Both the position numbers and the translations under genes were made by a program. Below are positions 20,237 through 29,029 of a stretch of 64,000 bases of DNA, piece after piece. The notes under the pieces are model-generated. The model did not search any database. It worked only from the letters and a program-made list of their open reading frames with translations, and was not told the origin of the DNA. Source of the stretch: a virus (Duplodnaviria; Caudoviricetes); IMG/VR virus record IMGVR_UViG_3300037010_001838, one strand, 5' to 3'. The first letter of the stretch is position 1; each line of letters opens with the position of its first letter.

Positions 20237-20610
20237 TGTCAAAATTTAGTTTGCTCTCTCAAATTACGGAGTCATTGAACGATTCTTTTGACTCCGTAAG
20301 ATATAAATTAAAAAGCAAATATCAGGATAAAGAAGTCGGACCAGTTGTTTGGCAAGTGTTTGGAACTAATGATTTTATTGGTGTGGGGTTCGATTTAACA
20401 TATCGTAGAATGACACCATCTCAAGCGTGGACTCATTTTGCATCCAGGATTACACAAGCCAACGATGTATTAAATTCTATTAACACAGAATTTAAAAACA
20501 AATTTCGTACCGAAATTCATTTAGCGAAGAAACCTTCAGGTGGAAAATATTCCGAATATGAACAAGAATTTGGTGGCGAAATTAAATTATATAAAAAGGA
20601 TTCCAAGTGA
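20236..20610 (+). CDS. hypothetical protein
   Basis: TAATG coupling, 124 aa. Confidence 0.65.
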   Translation: MSKFSLLSQITESLNDSFDSVRYKLKSKYQDKEVGPVVWQVFGTNDFIGVGFDLTYRRMTPSQAWTHFASRITQANDVLNSINTEFKNKFRTEIHLAKKPSGGKYSEYEQEFGGEIKLYKKDSK

Positions 20611-21101
20611 TTGATATAGGACAACTTCGTGTTTATGTAGTCCGTCCAGTCCTTACATATCTTAATATGTGGAGTGATGTGGCTGAAAATTTGGTGATTG
20701 GGACAGCCATTCAGGAATCCCATGCCACATACTTAAAACAAGTTGGTGGTGGTCCAGCAGTTGGAATCTTTCAAATGGAACCATTTACACACGACGATAC
20801 ATGGTCCAATTATATCAATTACCACCCTGATTTAGCTCGACTTCTTCATGGGTTAACAATGTCTATTAGTTCTATTCATCCAAACACAATCAACTCTATT
20901 TCAGCAAATGAAATGATTGGAAACTTATACTATGCCACAGCAATGTGTAGAGTACGATATATGCGTGTTCCAGCAGCATTACCGAACAACGATGTTAATG
21001 GTTTGGCGGCATATTGGAAACAATGGTATAACACACCAAACGGTGCTGGAACAATTCAAGAGTTTGTTAATAATTACAACACATATAATAAAACCGCTTG
21101 A
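20607..21101 (+). CDS. lysozyme-like peptidoglycan hydrolase (putative)
   Basis: GTAIQES...GPAVGIFQMEP...YWKQWYNT pattern of phage lysozyme-fold proteins. Confidence 0.7.
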   Translation: MIDIGQLRVYVVRPVLTYLNMWSDVAENLVIGTAIQESHATYLKQVGGGPAVGIFQMEPFTHDDTWSNYINYHPDLARLLHGLTMSISSIHPNTINSISANEMIGNLYYATAMCRVRYMRVPAALPNNDVNGLAAYWKQWYNTPNGAGTIQEFVNNYNTYNKTA

Positions 21102-21177
21102 GTTGACATAACCTTTAGAATGTAGGATAATTCTCCGCAAAGGTTAAATGCCTATAATATTTCTAAGGAACACAATA

Positions 21178-21618
21178 ATGCAACGCACAGACAACCCAAG
21201 TATTCTTAATAGAGCGGGTCTCATTCCGTTTTATGTGGATGATAAAAACAATATACAAATGATGTTCATGATTCCAACCGAAAATGAGTGGGTAGAAAGT
21301 ATCCCTCAAATTAGTAAGGGTCGGATTGAGCCAGGTGAAATGGTCTTACTTTCGGCAATTCGTGAAGCATCTGAAGAATTAGGACTTAAACGTTCTAATT
21401 TATCACGCATTGAACCGATTGGTCAGTATTCTACAATTATGTTTTATATTGGGCAAATTAAAGATCCAACTGACTTTGATGATTTTGATTCAACAGAAAC
21501 AAAAGCAACTGTTTGGATGACACTGGAACAATATTTAAGTGACGGTAGACAATTACACTCTGTCGTAGTTCGGGATGCTGTTGAAAAGATTGAGGAATTA
21601 GTAAATGTAGCCGAATGA
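21178..21618 (+). CDS. NUDIX hydrolase
   Basis: Nudix box GRIEPGEMVLLSAIREASEELGL. Confidence 0.9.
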   Translation: MQRTDNPSILNRAGLIPFYVDDKNNIQMMFMIPTENEWVESIPQISKGRIEPGEMVLLSAIREASEELGLKRSNLSRIEPIGQYSTIMFYIGQIKDPTDFDDFDSTETKATVWMTLEQYLSDGRQLHSVVVRDAVEKIEELVNVAE

Positions 21619-21824
21619 ATATCCAAACGACTATCACAAATGAACAACCGTTATAGTTCGTCCTACGTTCTAGTGGAGGTTAAAATTGTTGTTTAACCCT
21701 CGCGAGTTAATCTTTTGCTGGAGTGATGAAGCGTGGATATTGGATGGATTCACAAGGGAAGATTATTTTTCATATGATGGATTGCCAGATAAAATAAGAC
21801 ACCGTTTAAAACAAGGAAAATAAA

Positions 21825-22322
21825 ATGAAATTGAATGAAATCACAGAAACTCAACCTGAGATGGTTATGTTGGTAGGACTTCCTGGTTCAGGCAAATCCA
21901 CATATATCGCTCAGTTAAAAAAACATAAGAATTATGTTGTTATCTCAACAGATGATATTTTGGAACAAATTGCGAAAGACTCTGGTATTAGTTATTCGGA
22001 TGCTTTCAACAGTTATTACAAAGAATCAGAAAAGAAAATGTTTATACAGTTGAAACAAGCTATCAACAAAAAACAGAATATTATTATTGACCAAACGAAC
22101 ATGACAGTTGGGTCTCGTAGTCGGAAGTTGGGACTTGTTCCAAACAGTTATACGAAGATTGCTGTGGTGTTTAGTGTGGATTCAGCAGAACTTCAGCGTC
22201 GATTGGATAATAGAGAAAAAGAAACTGGAAAACGTATTCCTTCTTCCGTAATCAAGAGTATGAGAGAAGCATACCAAGAGCCAACAAAAAGCGAAGGTTT
22301 TGCGGAAATTATTAAAGTTTAA
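21825..22322 (+). CDS. P-loop kinase (AAA_33 / polynucleotide kinase-like)
   Basis: GLPGSGKST, ISTDD, IIDQTN, R..R. Confidence 0.85.
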   Translation: MKLNEITETQPEMVMLVGLPGSGKSTYIAQLKKHKNYVVISTDDILEQIAKDSGISYSDAFNSYYKESEKKMFIQLKQAINKKQNIIIDQTNMTVGSRSRKLGLVPNSYTKIAVVFSVDSAELQRRLDNREKETGKRIPSSVIKSMREAYQEPTKSEGFAEIIKV

Positions 22323-22327
22323 AATAT

Positions 22328-22540
22328 TTAATTTGAAACTGTTAGAAGAGCGGGGCACCACTCAGGTGCTCTATCTCTTTCATACCAACAATTTGAAATT
22401 ATTTTATTGTTAACTCCACAGACTACTTGTATTCCTCGGTCATATTCTTCTGGCGTATTACAGTAGTAATCAGTTATTAATTGAGTACATCCTTTACAGT
22501 GATATGTAATTGTCATTGATGGTCCAAAATTGTTTTCCAT
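22328..22540 (-). CDS. hypothetical Cys-rich protein
   Basis: Coupled to guaC stop (TAATG). Confidence 0.55.
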   Translation of the reverse strand: MENNFGPSMTITYHCKGCTQLITDYYCNTPEEYDRGIQVVCGVNNKIISNCWYERDRAPEWCPALLTVSN

Positions 22541-24798
22541 TATCTCACCTTTGTTGTTATGTCTTCATACACCCGATTGTGAGTGTTATTCACTCTAATA
22601 AACGTTGCACGTTTTGAAAGTTCCTTTAGTGTTTTACTTCCTGTATATGTACACGTACTCCGAACCCCACCTAGAATATGGTTAATTGTATCTTTAACTG
22701 GTCCTCGATATGGAAGTTCGATTGTTCGTCCTTCACTCGAGCGATATTCAGCCAAACCCCCACTGTGAGCTTCCATTGCTGTAGATGAACTCATCCCGTA
22801 GAATTGGACAAACTTACGCTCTACTTCCAAACACTCAAGAGAAGAACCATCAATATCTTTTATAACTTCGTTAGTTTTATACCACTTCGAACTTACTTCA
22901 CCTCCACCTTCGTCGTGTCCAGCGAACATTCCACCACTCATTACAAAATCAGCGCCACCTGCAAATGCTTTTGCAAAGTCTCCAGGAGTATTACATCCCC
23001 CATCGGAACACAACCTTCCGCCTAATCCATGAACAGCATCAGCACATTCTATAATTGCACTCAATTGGGGAAAACCAATTCCAGACACTAACCTTGTGGT
23101 ACAAACTGAATTGTGAACAATCATGTTGTTTGCAATGAAACTGTGGGTTGGGTGATCAATTTCCAAATCGTAGACGGGAACCTCACACTCTGTTGGGTTT
23201 TCAATTTCAAGTATTTTTATAACCTGATAATGTGAAAGATGTCTTTTTTTGTGAGAGGTCGCCAGAAAACTTCGATATCCATCTTTTCGGGGGTGTTGCA
23301 TAGGATATGAAGACCGTTTCCCGTTGTTTGACATATTTGGGAAACTCCCAAATATATTAAACGTAATCCAGCTGAATAGTTCCATGAGTTGTTGTGACGT
23401 GTTGTTAAAATTAACCTGGCCTTCTTTTGTAATGTGGCCGTCACTATCAACTAATCCATCATACAATCCCCGCAAATATTCTGTGTTGGTGCACATGAAT
23501 TGGTCTGGAAGATGTTTTTCATGGAACTTTCCAAACTGTTGGAAAAATTCTTCCCACTGTTTACTATACAAGGTGATCGTGGTCAACGTTTTCCGTTTAT
23601 TAGAACATACTGGGATTTTACCCGTAACCATCTCAACAGCAGACATTAATTTAACTACATGATGTTGATCTCTTGAGTTTATATACCACTCAACACCTTC
23701 AGAAAAACTTGAAAATCCCCTGCTGTTGGTTCCTTTTGTTTTTCTTGAAGTACCATCTCCAAGAAAAAAACCAAACACATAACCAGTGTTGTAATCAGAT
23801 TTAACAATAGTGTTATAATTATCCAAATGCTCTTCTCGTATAAAATAACTTGAAATATCGATATGAAAACTATCTGGTGTTTCCCAATTAATATTGATGG
23901 GAAGTAAAGCTACATCTTGTCGTATTTCACTCACCGGTTTCCATTTTATTTTTTCCTCTCCCAAACGAGTAGGAACCTCCAGCGCCTTTTTATACCCTTT
24001 GCTTTGTAGTGTTGTAATACTAATAGAATTTAGATCACCTACGTAACAATGATGGTCAGGAGTTAGTCTCAACGGAATGTTGAAGTGATCATGTTTTATC
24101 TGTGTTGTTTTCTTATATCCTGTGGTATAAGCGGATAACACAGTTGCTGGTTCTCCAGTACTCGTAATTATACGATCCCCAGGTTGAACATCTTTGATAT
24201 TTTTATAAACACCACTGGACATTAAAATTCGAGCATCACCCGTTAAACACCCACTGCCTACTCCAACCTTGATGATATCTGCACCAGATAATACTAATTG
24301 TTCTGCCATTTCAGGTGTAACAACGTTACCAACAAGAAGAGTTGTGTTTGGATATTTGTCTCGTAATTTAGTTACAGTAGATACAAAAGTTTCTGTATAC
24401 CCATTAGCAACGTCAACACACACATTTAAAGGAGGTCTGCCAAACATTTCGATGAAGTGTTCAAGCTTATCGAGGTCACTTTGAGACGTTCCAACTGAAT
24501 AAAAAATATATTGTTCAAATGAGGGATTGTTTTTATAAAAATCTACAAGTTGAACTACTGGATAATGTTTATGTAATGCTACCATCATTTTAAATTCAGC
24601 AAATCGTTCCGCCATTTCAAAAGTTCCAACTCCATCCATATTTGACGCTATAATTGGAATACCAGTCCATTGTTGGTGAGAGTATTTGAATGTGAACGAC
24701 CTTTCAAGAGACACGTCTTTGCGTGAAGTTAGTGATGACCTTTTTGGAATAAGTAGCACATCACCAAAATCCAATTTAACATCCTCTACTATTCTCAT
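22540..24798 (-). CDS. guaC: GMP reductase containing an intein
   Basis: KLDFGDVLLIPKRS, IIASNMDGVG, VDVANGY, KVGVGSG|SVCTTR, FAGGADFVMSGGMFAG, FYGMSS. Confidence 0.92.
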   Translation of the reverse strand: MRIVEDVKLDFGDVLLIPKRSSLTSRKDVSLERSFTFKYSHQQWTGIPIIASNMDGVGTFEMAERFAEFKMMVALHKHYPVVQLVDFYKNNPSFEQYIFYSVGTSQSDLDKLEHFIEMFGRPPLNVCVDVANGYTETFVSTVTKLRDKYPNTTLLVGNVVTPEMAEQLVLSGADIIKVGVGSGCLTGDARILMSSGVYKNIKDVQPGDRIITSTGEPATVLSAYTTGYKKTTQIKHDHFNIPLRLTPDHHCYVGDLNSISITTLQSKGYKKALEVPTRLGEEKIKWKPVSEIRQDVALLPININWETPDSFHIDISSYFIREEHLDNYNTIVKSDYNTGYVFGFFLGDGTSRKTKGTNSRGFSSFSEGVEWYINSRDQHHVVKLMSAVEMVTGKIPVCSNKRKTLTTITLYSKQWEEFFQQFGKFHEKHLPDQFMCTNTEYLRGLYDGLVDSDGHITKEGQVNFNNTSQQLMELFSWITFNIFGSFPNMSNNGKRSSYPMQHPRKDGYRSFLATSHKKRHLSHYQVIKILEIENPTECEVPVYDLEIDHPTHSFIANNMIVHNSVCTTRLVSGIGFPQLSAIIECADAVHGLGGRLCSDGGCNTPGDFAKAFAGGADFVMSGGMFAGHDEGGGEVSSKWYKTNEVIKDIDGSSLECLEVERKFVQFYGMSSSTAMEAHSGGLAEYRSSEGRTIELPYRGPVKDTINHILGGVRSTCTYTGSKTLKELSKRATFIRVNNTHNRVYEDITTKVR
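23110..24249 (-). mobile_element. 380-aa intein with LAGLIDADG homing endonuclease
   Basis: Begins CLTGD, ends IVHN followed by Ser; internal FGFFLGDG and LYDGLVDSDG motifs. Confidence 0.92.
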
Positions 24799-24885
24799 TT
24801 TATCCCCTTTTGTGTTGTCTTTTATGTAATTATTAATTATACTATACGTAACTTAAATTATCTTTACAACATACTGGAGAAACAA

Positions 24886-25194
24886 ATGTGTTATATTATT
24901 CTCATTGTTATTTTAATTAATGGGTTCTTTTTCTTTAATAATTATCGGTTGAATGTTGCTTATCGTTATCGAGATCAAGCGATAGATAAAGTCAGTGAGA
25001 TGAACCACGAAGACGTTGACAATACTTACGCTAATGTTGGTTATACACAAAGAGACATTTGGGAGTTGGAACTCCGTATGAATAAAAGGTGGGATAAGTT
25101 TCATAGTTATTCGGCTGATAAAATGATATGGGAACTTACAAAGTGGAAGTATGATGATTTTTACCCCAAAGGCTTTTTTGAATTAGAGGAATAA
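24886..25194 (+). CDS. hypothetical membrane-anchored protein
   Basis: GGAG SD; hydrophobic N-terminus. Confidence 0.6.
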   Translation: MCYIILIVILINGFFFFNNYRLNVAYRYRDQAIDKVSEMNHEDVDNTYANVGYTQRDIWELELRMNKRWDKFHSYSADKMIWELTKWKYDDFYPKGFFELEE

Positions 25195-25198
25195 CACA

Positions 25199-25624
25199 AT
25201 GACATTACCAGCAAATAATATTAGTTACACACATCGTTTTAGAAATGGACGGATGCACAACTGGGTAGCACTGAATGCACAGTGTCAATGTCATAGCGAT
25301 GAACACCAACACAAATTGATTATCGAGTATGATAACGAGTTTGATTTGTTGTCTTTGACGTTGTATTTTAAAACATGGACTCCAAATTATTGGAACCACC
25401 AAACAGGATTTTTTGGTTGGTTTAAGGACGTTTGGGCAAGTGTTAAATTCCGATTGGAGTGTGTATTCAAGGGATATAATACATTGTCTTATGATTTTAT
25501 TTTTAATGGTGAAGAAGCTATCCAAGATTACATTGATGCTCTTCAAGCGTCTCTAAATCAAATCAAACAGGTAAAAATGGAAGCACAACAAAAAAGGAGC
25601 AACAGAAGTGATAAGCAGCAATGA
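25199..25624 (+). CDS. hypothetical protein
   Basis: GAGGA SD, 141 aa. Confidence 0.65.
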   Translation: MTLPANNISYTHRFRNGRMHNWVALNAQCQCHSDEHQHKLIIEYDNEFDLLSLTLYFKTWTPNYWNHQTGFFGWFKDVWASVKFRLECVFKGYNTLSYDFIFNGEEAIQDYIDALQASLNQIKQVKMEAQQKRSNRSDKQQ

Positions 25625-25834
25625 TGTTTTAGTTGGAACAGTGATTTTGATTTTTTGTTTGTCTGCTATATTCCCATTGATCATATGGGTAGAGTCAACA
25701 GACACATGTGGTTTCAACTTGAAGAATACGAAATAGTAGAGGATCACAGTGGTATTATAATCAAAAAGTAGTTGTTAAAAGCATTGAATACTTTTATAAT
25801 AATTTCACTCTGAATATTTTAAAGGAAACACACA

Positions 25835-26335
25835 ATGAAAATACATTCTGTTGTGATAGGTTTAACCGTTGGTGTTATGTTGTCTGGTTGTGTCGATAGT
25901 GGTAATGGCAATAAGGTTGGTTCAGTCACAAAGTTAGCCCAGGAAGGAGTTTTCTGTAAAACATGGGAAGGTCAACTCATTCGTGGTGGATTTAGTAATG
26001 GTTCTGGTGTAATGGGAGCTCCATTCGAATTTACTATCGAAAACAATCCTGAACTGGTTAAAAAAGTTGCTGAACTTATGGATTCTCAACAAGAAGTCAA
26101 AATCACATACCGAACTGAAGCTATGACTTGGTGTCGTTCAGATTCCAACAATCACTTTTTGACAGATATTGAAGTTCTCGGAAAACAAGCTGAACACCCC
26201 GTGAAGATAGATTCCACTGAACCTATTAAAGTGGAGCCTGTTAAGTCTGACCCAGTGTCTTCGCACGATAAAGTACTCAAATTACTTCAGACGCAACAAC
26301 AAATAATTACTGAACTTGTTAATGAAAAAAACTGA
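25835..26335 (+). CDS. putative lipoprotein
   Basis: Lipobox LSGC; KLAQEGVFCKTWEGQL motif seen in phage lipoproteins. Confidence 0.75.
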   Translation: MKIHSVVIGLTVGVMLSGCVDSGNGNKVGSVTKLAQEGVFCKTWEGQLIRGGFSNGSGVMGAPFEFTIENNPELVKKVAELMDSQQEVKITYRTEAMTWCRSDSNNHFLTDIEVLGKQAEHPVKIDSTEPIKVEPVKSDPVSSHDKVLKLLQTQQQIITELVNEKN

Positions 26336-26497
26336 TAAAAAAGATACAAATGACCCCATTTGATGAAGATATGAAAATATTGTCTGACCTTAGTTTCAAA
26401 CTTTATAATTTAACCAAAGACCCACAACCAGGTTTGTTTATGTGGAAACATGTGTTGGGTACAGTAATGACAGACATGAAAAACACGTTGGAACGAA

Positions 26498-26839
26498 TTG
26501 GTGTTGGTGAGAATGTTTGATTTTAATCTGAATCCACAATCATCTGAACCAACGTCTAAGTGTGTTGTGCGTTTAAAGACATCTGTATGGAACGATAGTC
26601 GTGGTATTCATATTAAAAAAGATATCACATATCTCCGAAGAAAAAGTTTTGGTTTTAATATTTTAGAAGAAGATGTTAGTAATATTGGACCTGAGTTCGT
26701 TGTTTCTGATATCATAAACCTTAACAGTTGTTCTGATGGAATTTACGAAGTAGTTATTTGTAACGAAAGTCATGACTGGGAAACTGGATATGTTGATGCG
26801 TACAACTATAAATTAATAAAGGTGGTAAATGATGAGTGA
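26498..26839 (+). CDS. hypothetical protein
   Basis: 113 aa; HDWETGYVD motif. Confidence 0.6.
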   Translation: MVLVRMFDFNLNPQSSEPTSKCVVRLKTSVWNDSRGIHIKKDITYLRRKSFGFNILEEDVSNIGPEFVVSDIINLNSCSDGIYEVVICNESHDWETGYVDAYNYKLIKVVNDE

Positions 26840-27116
26840 AGAAAACACAATTTGGAAACGTCGTACGAACCTTGATACACATGAAAGAGAATTACGAAAA
26901 GGGTGGATGTACCAATATCACAATACACCTGAATATAAACAATATCAACAGGATATGAAATCTCTCCAAGAAGAATGTGGAAAACTTGGACATGTTCGTG
27001 GGAAGTTTTGGGATAATGGGTTGGGAACAACTTGGTATTATTGTGCCCACTGTGGAGCAACTTTTGATATCGAAAAGTATGATTTGGGTTTATCAGACGC
27101 GGAGGAAGATGAATGA
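26829..27116 (+). CDS. hypothetical Zn-finger protein
   Basis: C..GH and CAHC motifs. Confidence 0.6.
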   Translation: MMSEENTIWKRRTNLDTHERELRKGWMYQYHNTPEYKQYQQDMKSLQEECGKLGHVRGKFWDNGLGTTWYYCAHCGATFDIEKYDLGLSDAEEDE

Positions 27117-27289
27117 CATTTATCAATCTCTCGACTAAGAAAACCCCCAGATGCTTCAGCACCGGGGGTGAACTACCCGATTGCTAAAACAATTGGGTAG
27201 TTCACATGATATCATTGAACAATTAATCGATAATAACACGGAATGTCAGAAATTTGTTGGTGGTATTTCTGATGGAATAGAATGATTCG

Positions 27290-27318
27290 TTGACTTTTAT
27301 AAATAAGTCATATATACT
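27290..27318 (+). promoter_or_regulatory. tRNA-operon promoter 1
   Basis: TTGACT-17-TATACT, identical 29 nt at 50045 and 63401; contains TATAAATA and TGACTT/AAGTCA inverted repeat. Confidence 0.9.
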
Positions 27319-27354
27319 TATAACACTGAATTAATTACTTAAAGGATTTACAAA

Positions 27355-27450
27355 ATGAACACAAACGGATTAGGTTATTGTCTATCACTCGGGTCTTTAT
27401 CCATATTGGATAAGAGCCAGGTCGCCGTTTGGGGAATTACCAAGATGTAA
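27355..27450 (+). CDS. leader (attenuator) peptide 1, MNTNGLGYCLSLGSLSILDKSQVAVWGITKM
   Basis: AAAGGA SD; 31 codons between promoter and terminator; codons 5-18 are only Gly/Leu/Tyr/Cys/Ser/Ile. Confidence 0.8.
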   Translation: MNTNGLGYCLSLGSLSILDKSQVAVWGITKM

Positions 27451-27469
27451 AGAGAAAAAATCCCAAAAG

Positions 27470-27500
27470 AAAGCCTGGCTCGAAAGACCCAGGCTTTTTT
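27470..27500 (+). terminator. attenuator terminator 1
   Basis: AAAGCCTGG...CCAGGCTTT plus T-tract; 5' arm also pairs with GAGCCAGGT (27414-27422). Confidence 0.9.
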
Positions 27501-27506
27501 GTTGTA

Positions 27507-27526
27507 AACTGTTATTTAAAAATTTG
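27507..27526 (+). promoter_or_regulatory. boxA-like antitermination site 1
   Basis: AACTGTTATTTAAAAATTTG, conserved at 50308 and 63748, resembles rrn boxA TGCTCTTTAACAATTT. Confidence 0.6.
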
Positions 27527-27536
27527 AAATATTTTG

Positions 27537-27655
27537 GGGCATGCGGCGAAGTTGGAGAGTCGCGGCGGACTGACTAGAGAGCATTGGTTTTCCAGTGTTC
27601 TCGACTAAATCCGTTCCCTCGTGGTGAGTAGGTTCGATTCCTACCATGCCCACCA
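27537..27655 (+). tRNA. tRNA-Tyr(GTA) with 33-nt insertion in the anticodon
   Basis: GGGCATG/CATGCCC-A-CCA; GCGGA-CTG|insert 27573-27605|TAAA-TCCGT; long variable arm; GGTTCGATTCC. Confidence 0.8.
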
Positions 27656-27661
27656 ATTTAT

Positions 27662-27747
27662 GCGCTAGTGCCGGAGTAGACGAACGGAACTGCCTGCAAA
27701 GCAGATGGTGAAAGCCCACGTGGGTGCAAATCCTACCTAGCGTTCCA
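27662..27747 (+). tRNA. tRNA-Cys(GCA), long variable arm
   Basis: CTGC-CTGCAAA-GCAG arm; U73; CCA. Confidence 0.85.
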
Positions 27748-27754
27748 AAATAAA

Positions 27755-27844
27755 GGGGAGTGAAATAAGGCTAGGTGGTCCTGGCGCAGGGTTGTAGCTC
27801 CTGTCCCTCGTGGCAAGAAGTTCGATTCTGTCCTCTCCCCACCA
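27755..27844 (+). tRNA. atypical tRNA, GTA anticodon (Tyr-like)
   Basis: CAGGG-TTGTAGC-TCCTG; GGGGAG/CTCCCC-A-CCA; weak T-stem. Confidence 0.5.
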
Positions 27845-27853
27845 AAATTTAAT

Positions 27854-27930
27854 ACCCTTCTACGCTAATTGGTAACGCGGCAACGCTTAGAACGTTGTGG
27901 TTCTCAGTTCGAATCTGAGGTTGGGTACCA
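27854..27930 (+). tRNA. tRNA-Leu(TAG), short variable arm
   Basis: CAACG-CTTAGAA-CGTTG; CTCAG-TTCGAAT-CTGAG; CCA; two acceptor mismatches. Confidence 0.75.
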
Positions 27931-28061
27931 AGTTTGTCCTGTTGTGTGTTGTTTGGAACAATCGCTTTGTTGGTGGTATCTGGCTATTCAAACGAACCAT
28001 AATTCGATACACAAGAAAACAGTTAGAACGTACATTTATAAAGATTAAAACATGATAAATT

Positions 28062-28144
28062 GCCCTGGTGACAAATGCAAATTGGTACAGCTACTGCGCT
28101 AAGAACGCAGGTTTTTACGGGTTCGACTCCCGTCTGGGGCACCA
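28062..28144 (+). tRNA. tRNA-Leu(AAG)
   Basis: CTGCG-CTAAGAA-CGCAG; GCCCTGG/CTGGGGC-A-CCA. Confidence 0.85.
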
Positions 28145-28152
28145 AAAATATT

Positions 28153-28248
28153 ACCGTATCATTCCAGTAGGTGCTGGTAAGAATCCATAAGAGTTGTACT
28201 TGGAGTCCAGGTGCAACACAGGCAGAGCGTGACTGCAATACGGTTCCA
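28153..28248 (+). ncRNA. tRNA-like RNA ending in TCCA
   Basis: Terminal 7-bp stem ACCGTAT/ATACGGT plus TCCA; internal hairpins; no canonical T-loop. Confidence 0.45.
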
Positions 28249-28257
28249 AAATTTAAT

Positions 28258-28330
28258 GCGGGTTGTCAAGTGGTGTACGTTTGGCCTTCCAAGCCGAAAG
28301 AGGTGAGTTCGAATCTCATAGCCCGCTCCA
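28258..28330 (+). tRNA. tRNA-Gly(TCC)
   Basis: TTGGC-CTTCCAA-GCCGA; GCGGGTT/AGCCCGC-T-CCA. Confidence 0.9.
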
Positions 28331-28339
28331 AAATATTAT

Positions 28340-28441
28340 GGCGCAGATAGGTGTAGTTGAAACAGCACTGTGGGAGATTCCTCGAGGCGTAGCTCCCATT
28401 CCTCTGGATAAGTGGGTTAAATTCCCATCCTGTGGCCACCA
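28340..28441 (+). tRNA. tRNA-like gene with enlarged 16-nt anticodon loop, isotype unclear
   Basis: GGGAG/CTCCC stem around ATTCCTCGAGGCGTAG; GTGGG-TTAAATT-CCCAT; ACCA. Confidence 0.5.
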
Positions 28442-28509
28442 AACACGTTTGTCTCATTAATCTATATGACAAGGTGAGCGAGGGTTTGAATCCCTCTTTG
28501 GATACTAGT

Positions 28510-28594
28510 CGGCAAGTGGCTTAGGTAAATTGGTACAGCCCCTGGATTTAAGTTCCAGTGCTCTTGGTTGGGTTCGAATCCCCCTTGCCGACCA
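28510..28594 (+). tRNA. tRNA-Leu(TAA), short variable arm
   Basis: CTGGA-TTTAAGT-TCCAG; CGGCAAG/CTTGCCG-A-CCA. Confidence 0.75.
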
Positions 28595-28600
28595 AATATT

Positions 28601-28691
28601 GGAGAGTAGCGTCCATGGTGGACAAACTGCCTAGAAAGCAGTCGCCGGCATCTAAGTAGAGCCGCTGGTTCGATTCCTGTACTCTCCGCCA
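28601..28691 (+). tRNA. tRNA-Ser(AGA)
   Basis: ACTGC-CTAGAAA-GCAGT; long variable arm; G73; CCA. Confidence 0.85.
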
Positions 28692-28696
28692 CATTT

Positions 28697-28780
28697 CCGC
28701 AGGTGGCTTAGGTAAATTGGTACAGCCCCTATCTTCAAACGGTAGTGCTTTTGTGGGTTCGAATCCCTCCCTGCGGACCA
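28697..28780 (+). tRNA. tRNA-Leu(CAA), short variable arm
   Basis: CTATC-TTCAAAC-GGTAG; paralogue of 28510; CCA. Confidence 0.75.
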
Positions 28781-28792
28781 GACAGTTAAATT

Positions 28793-28876
28793 GCCCCCGG
28801 TGACAAATGCAAATTGGTACAGCTACTGCGCTAAGAACACAGGTTTTTACGGGTTTGACTCCCGTCTGGGGCACCA
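28793..28876 (+). tRNA. tRNA-Leu(AAG), degenerate duplicate
   Basis: Near copy of 28062-28144 with anticodon-stem mismatch and T-loop TTTGACT. Confidence 0.6.
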
Positions 28877-28881
28877 AAATT

Positions 28882-28970
28882 ACGAGTGTGGTGTAATTAG
28901 GTAGATGTAACAGGCTTAAACCCTGCCTGCCTGCCGAAAGGTCGTACCGGTTCGAATCCGGTCACTCGGA
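28882..28970 (+). tRNA. tRNA-Leu(TAA), class II, no encoded CCA
   Basis: CAGG-CTTAAAC-CCTG; long variable arm; ACCGG-TTCGAAT-CCGGT. Confidence 0.8.
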
Positions 28971-29029
28971 CTTTTGTTGATATTTTCGTCATTTTAATAT
29001 ATCATTTAATATATGATGAGAGACTAAAA

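Noticed and set aside
27755-27844. Selenocysteine tRNA (selC)
   Set aside because: The anticodon is GTA, not TCA; the extended acceptor has a mismatch and the T-stem is weak, so it is only called atypical.
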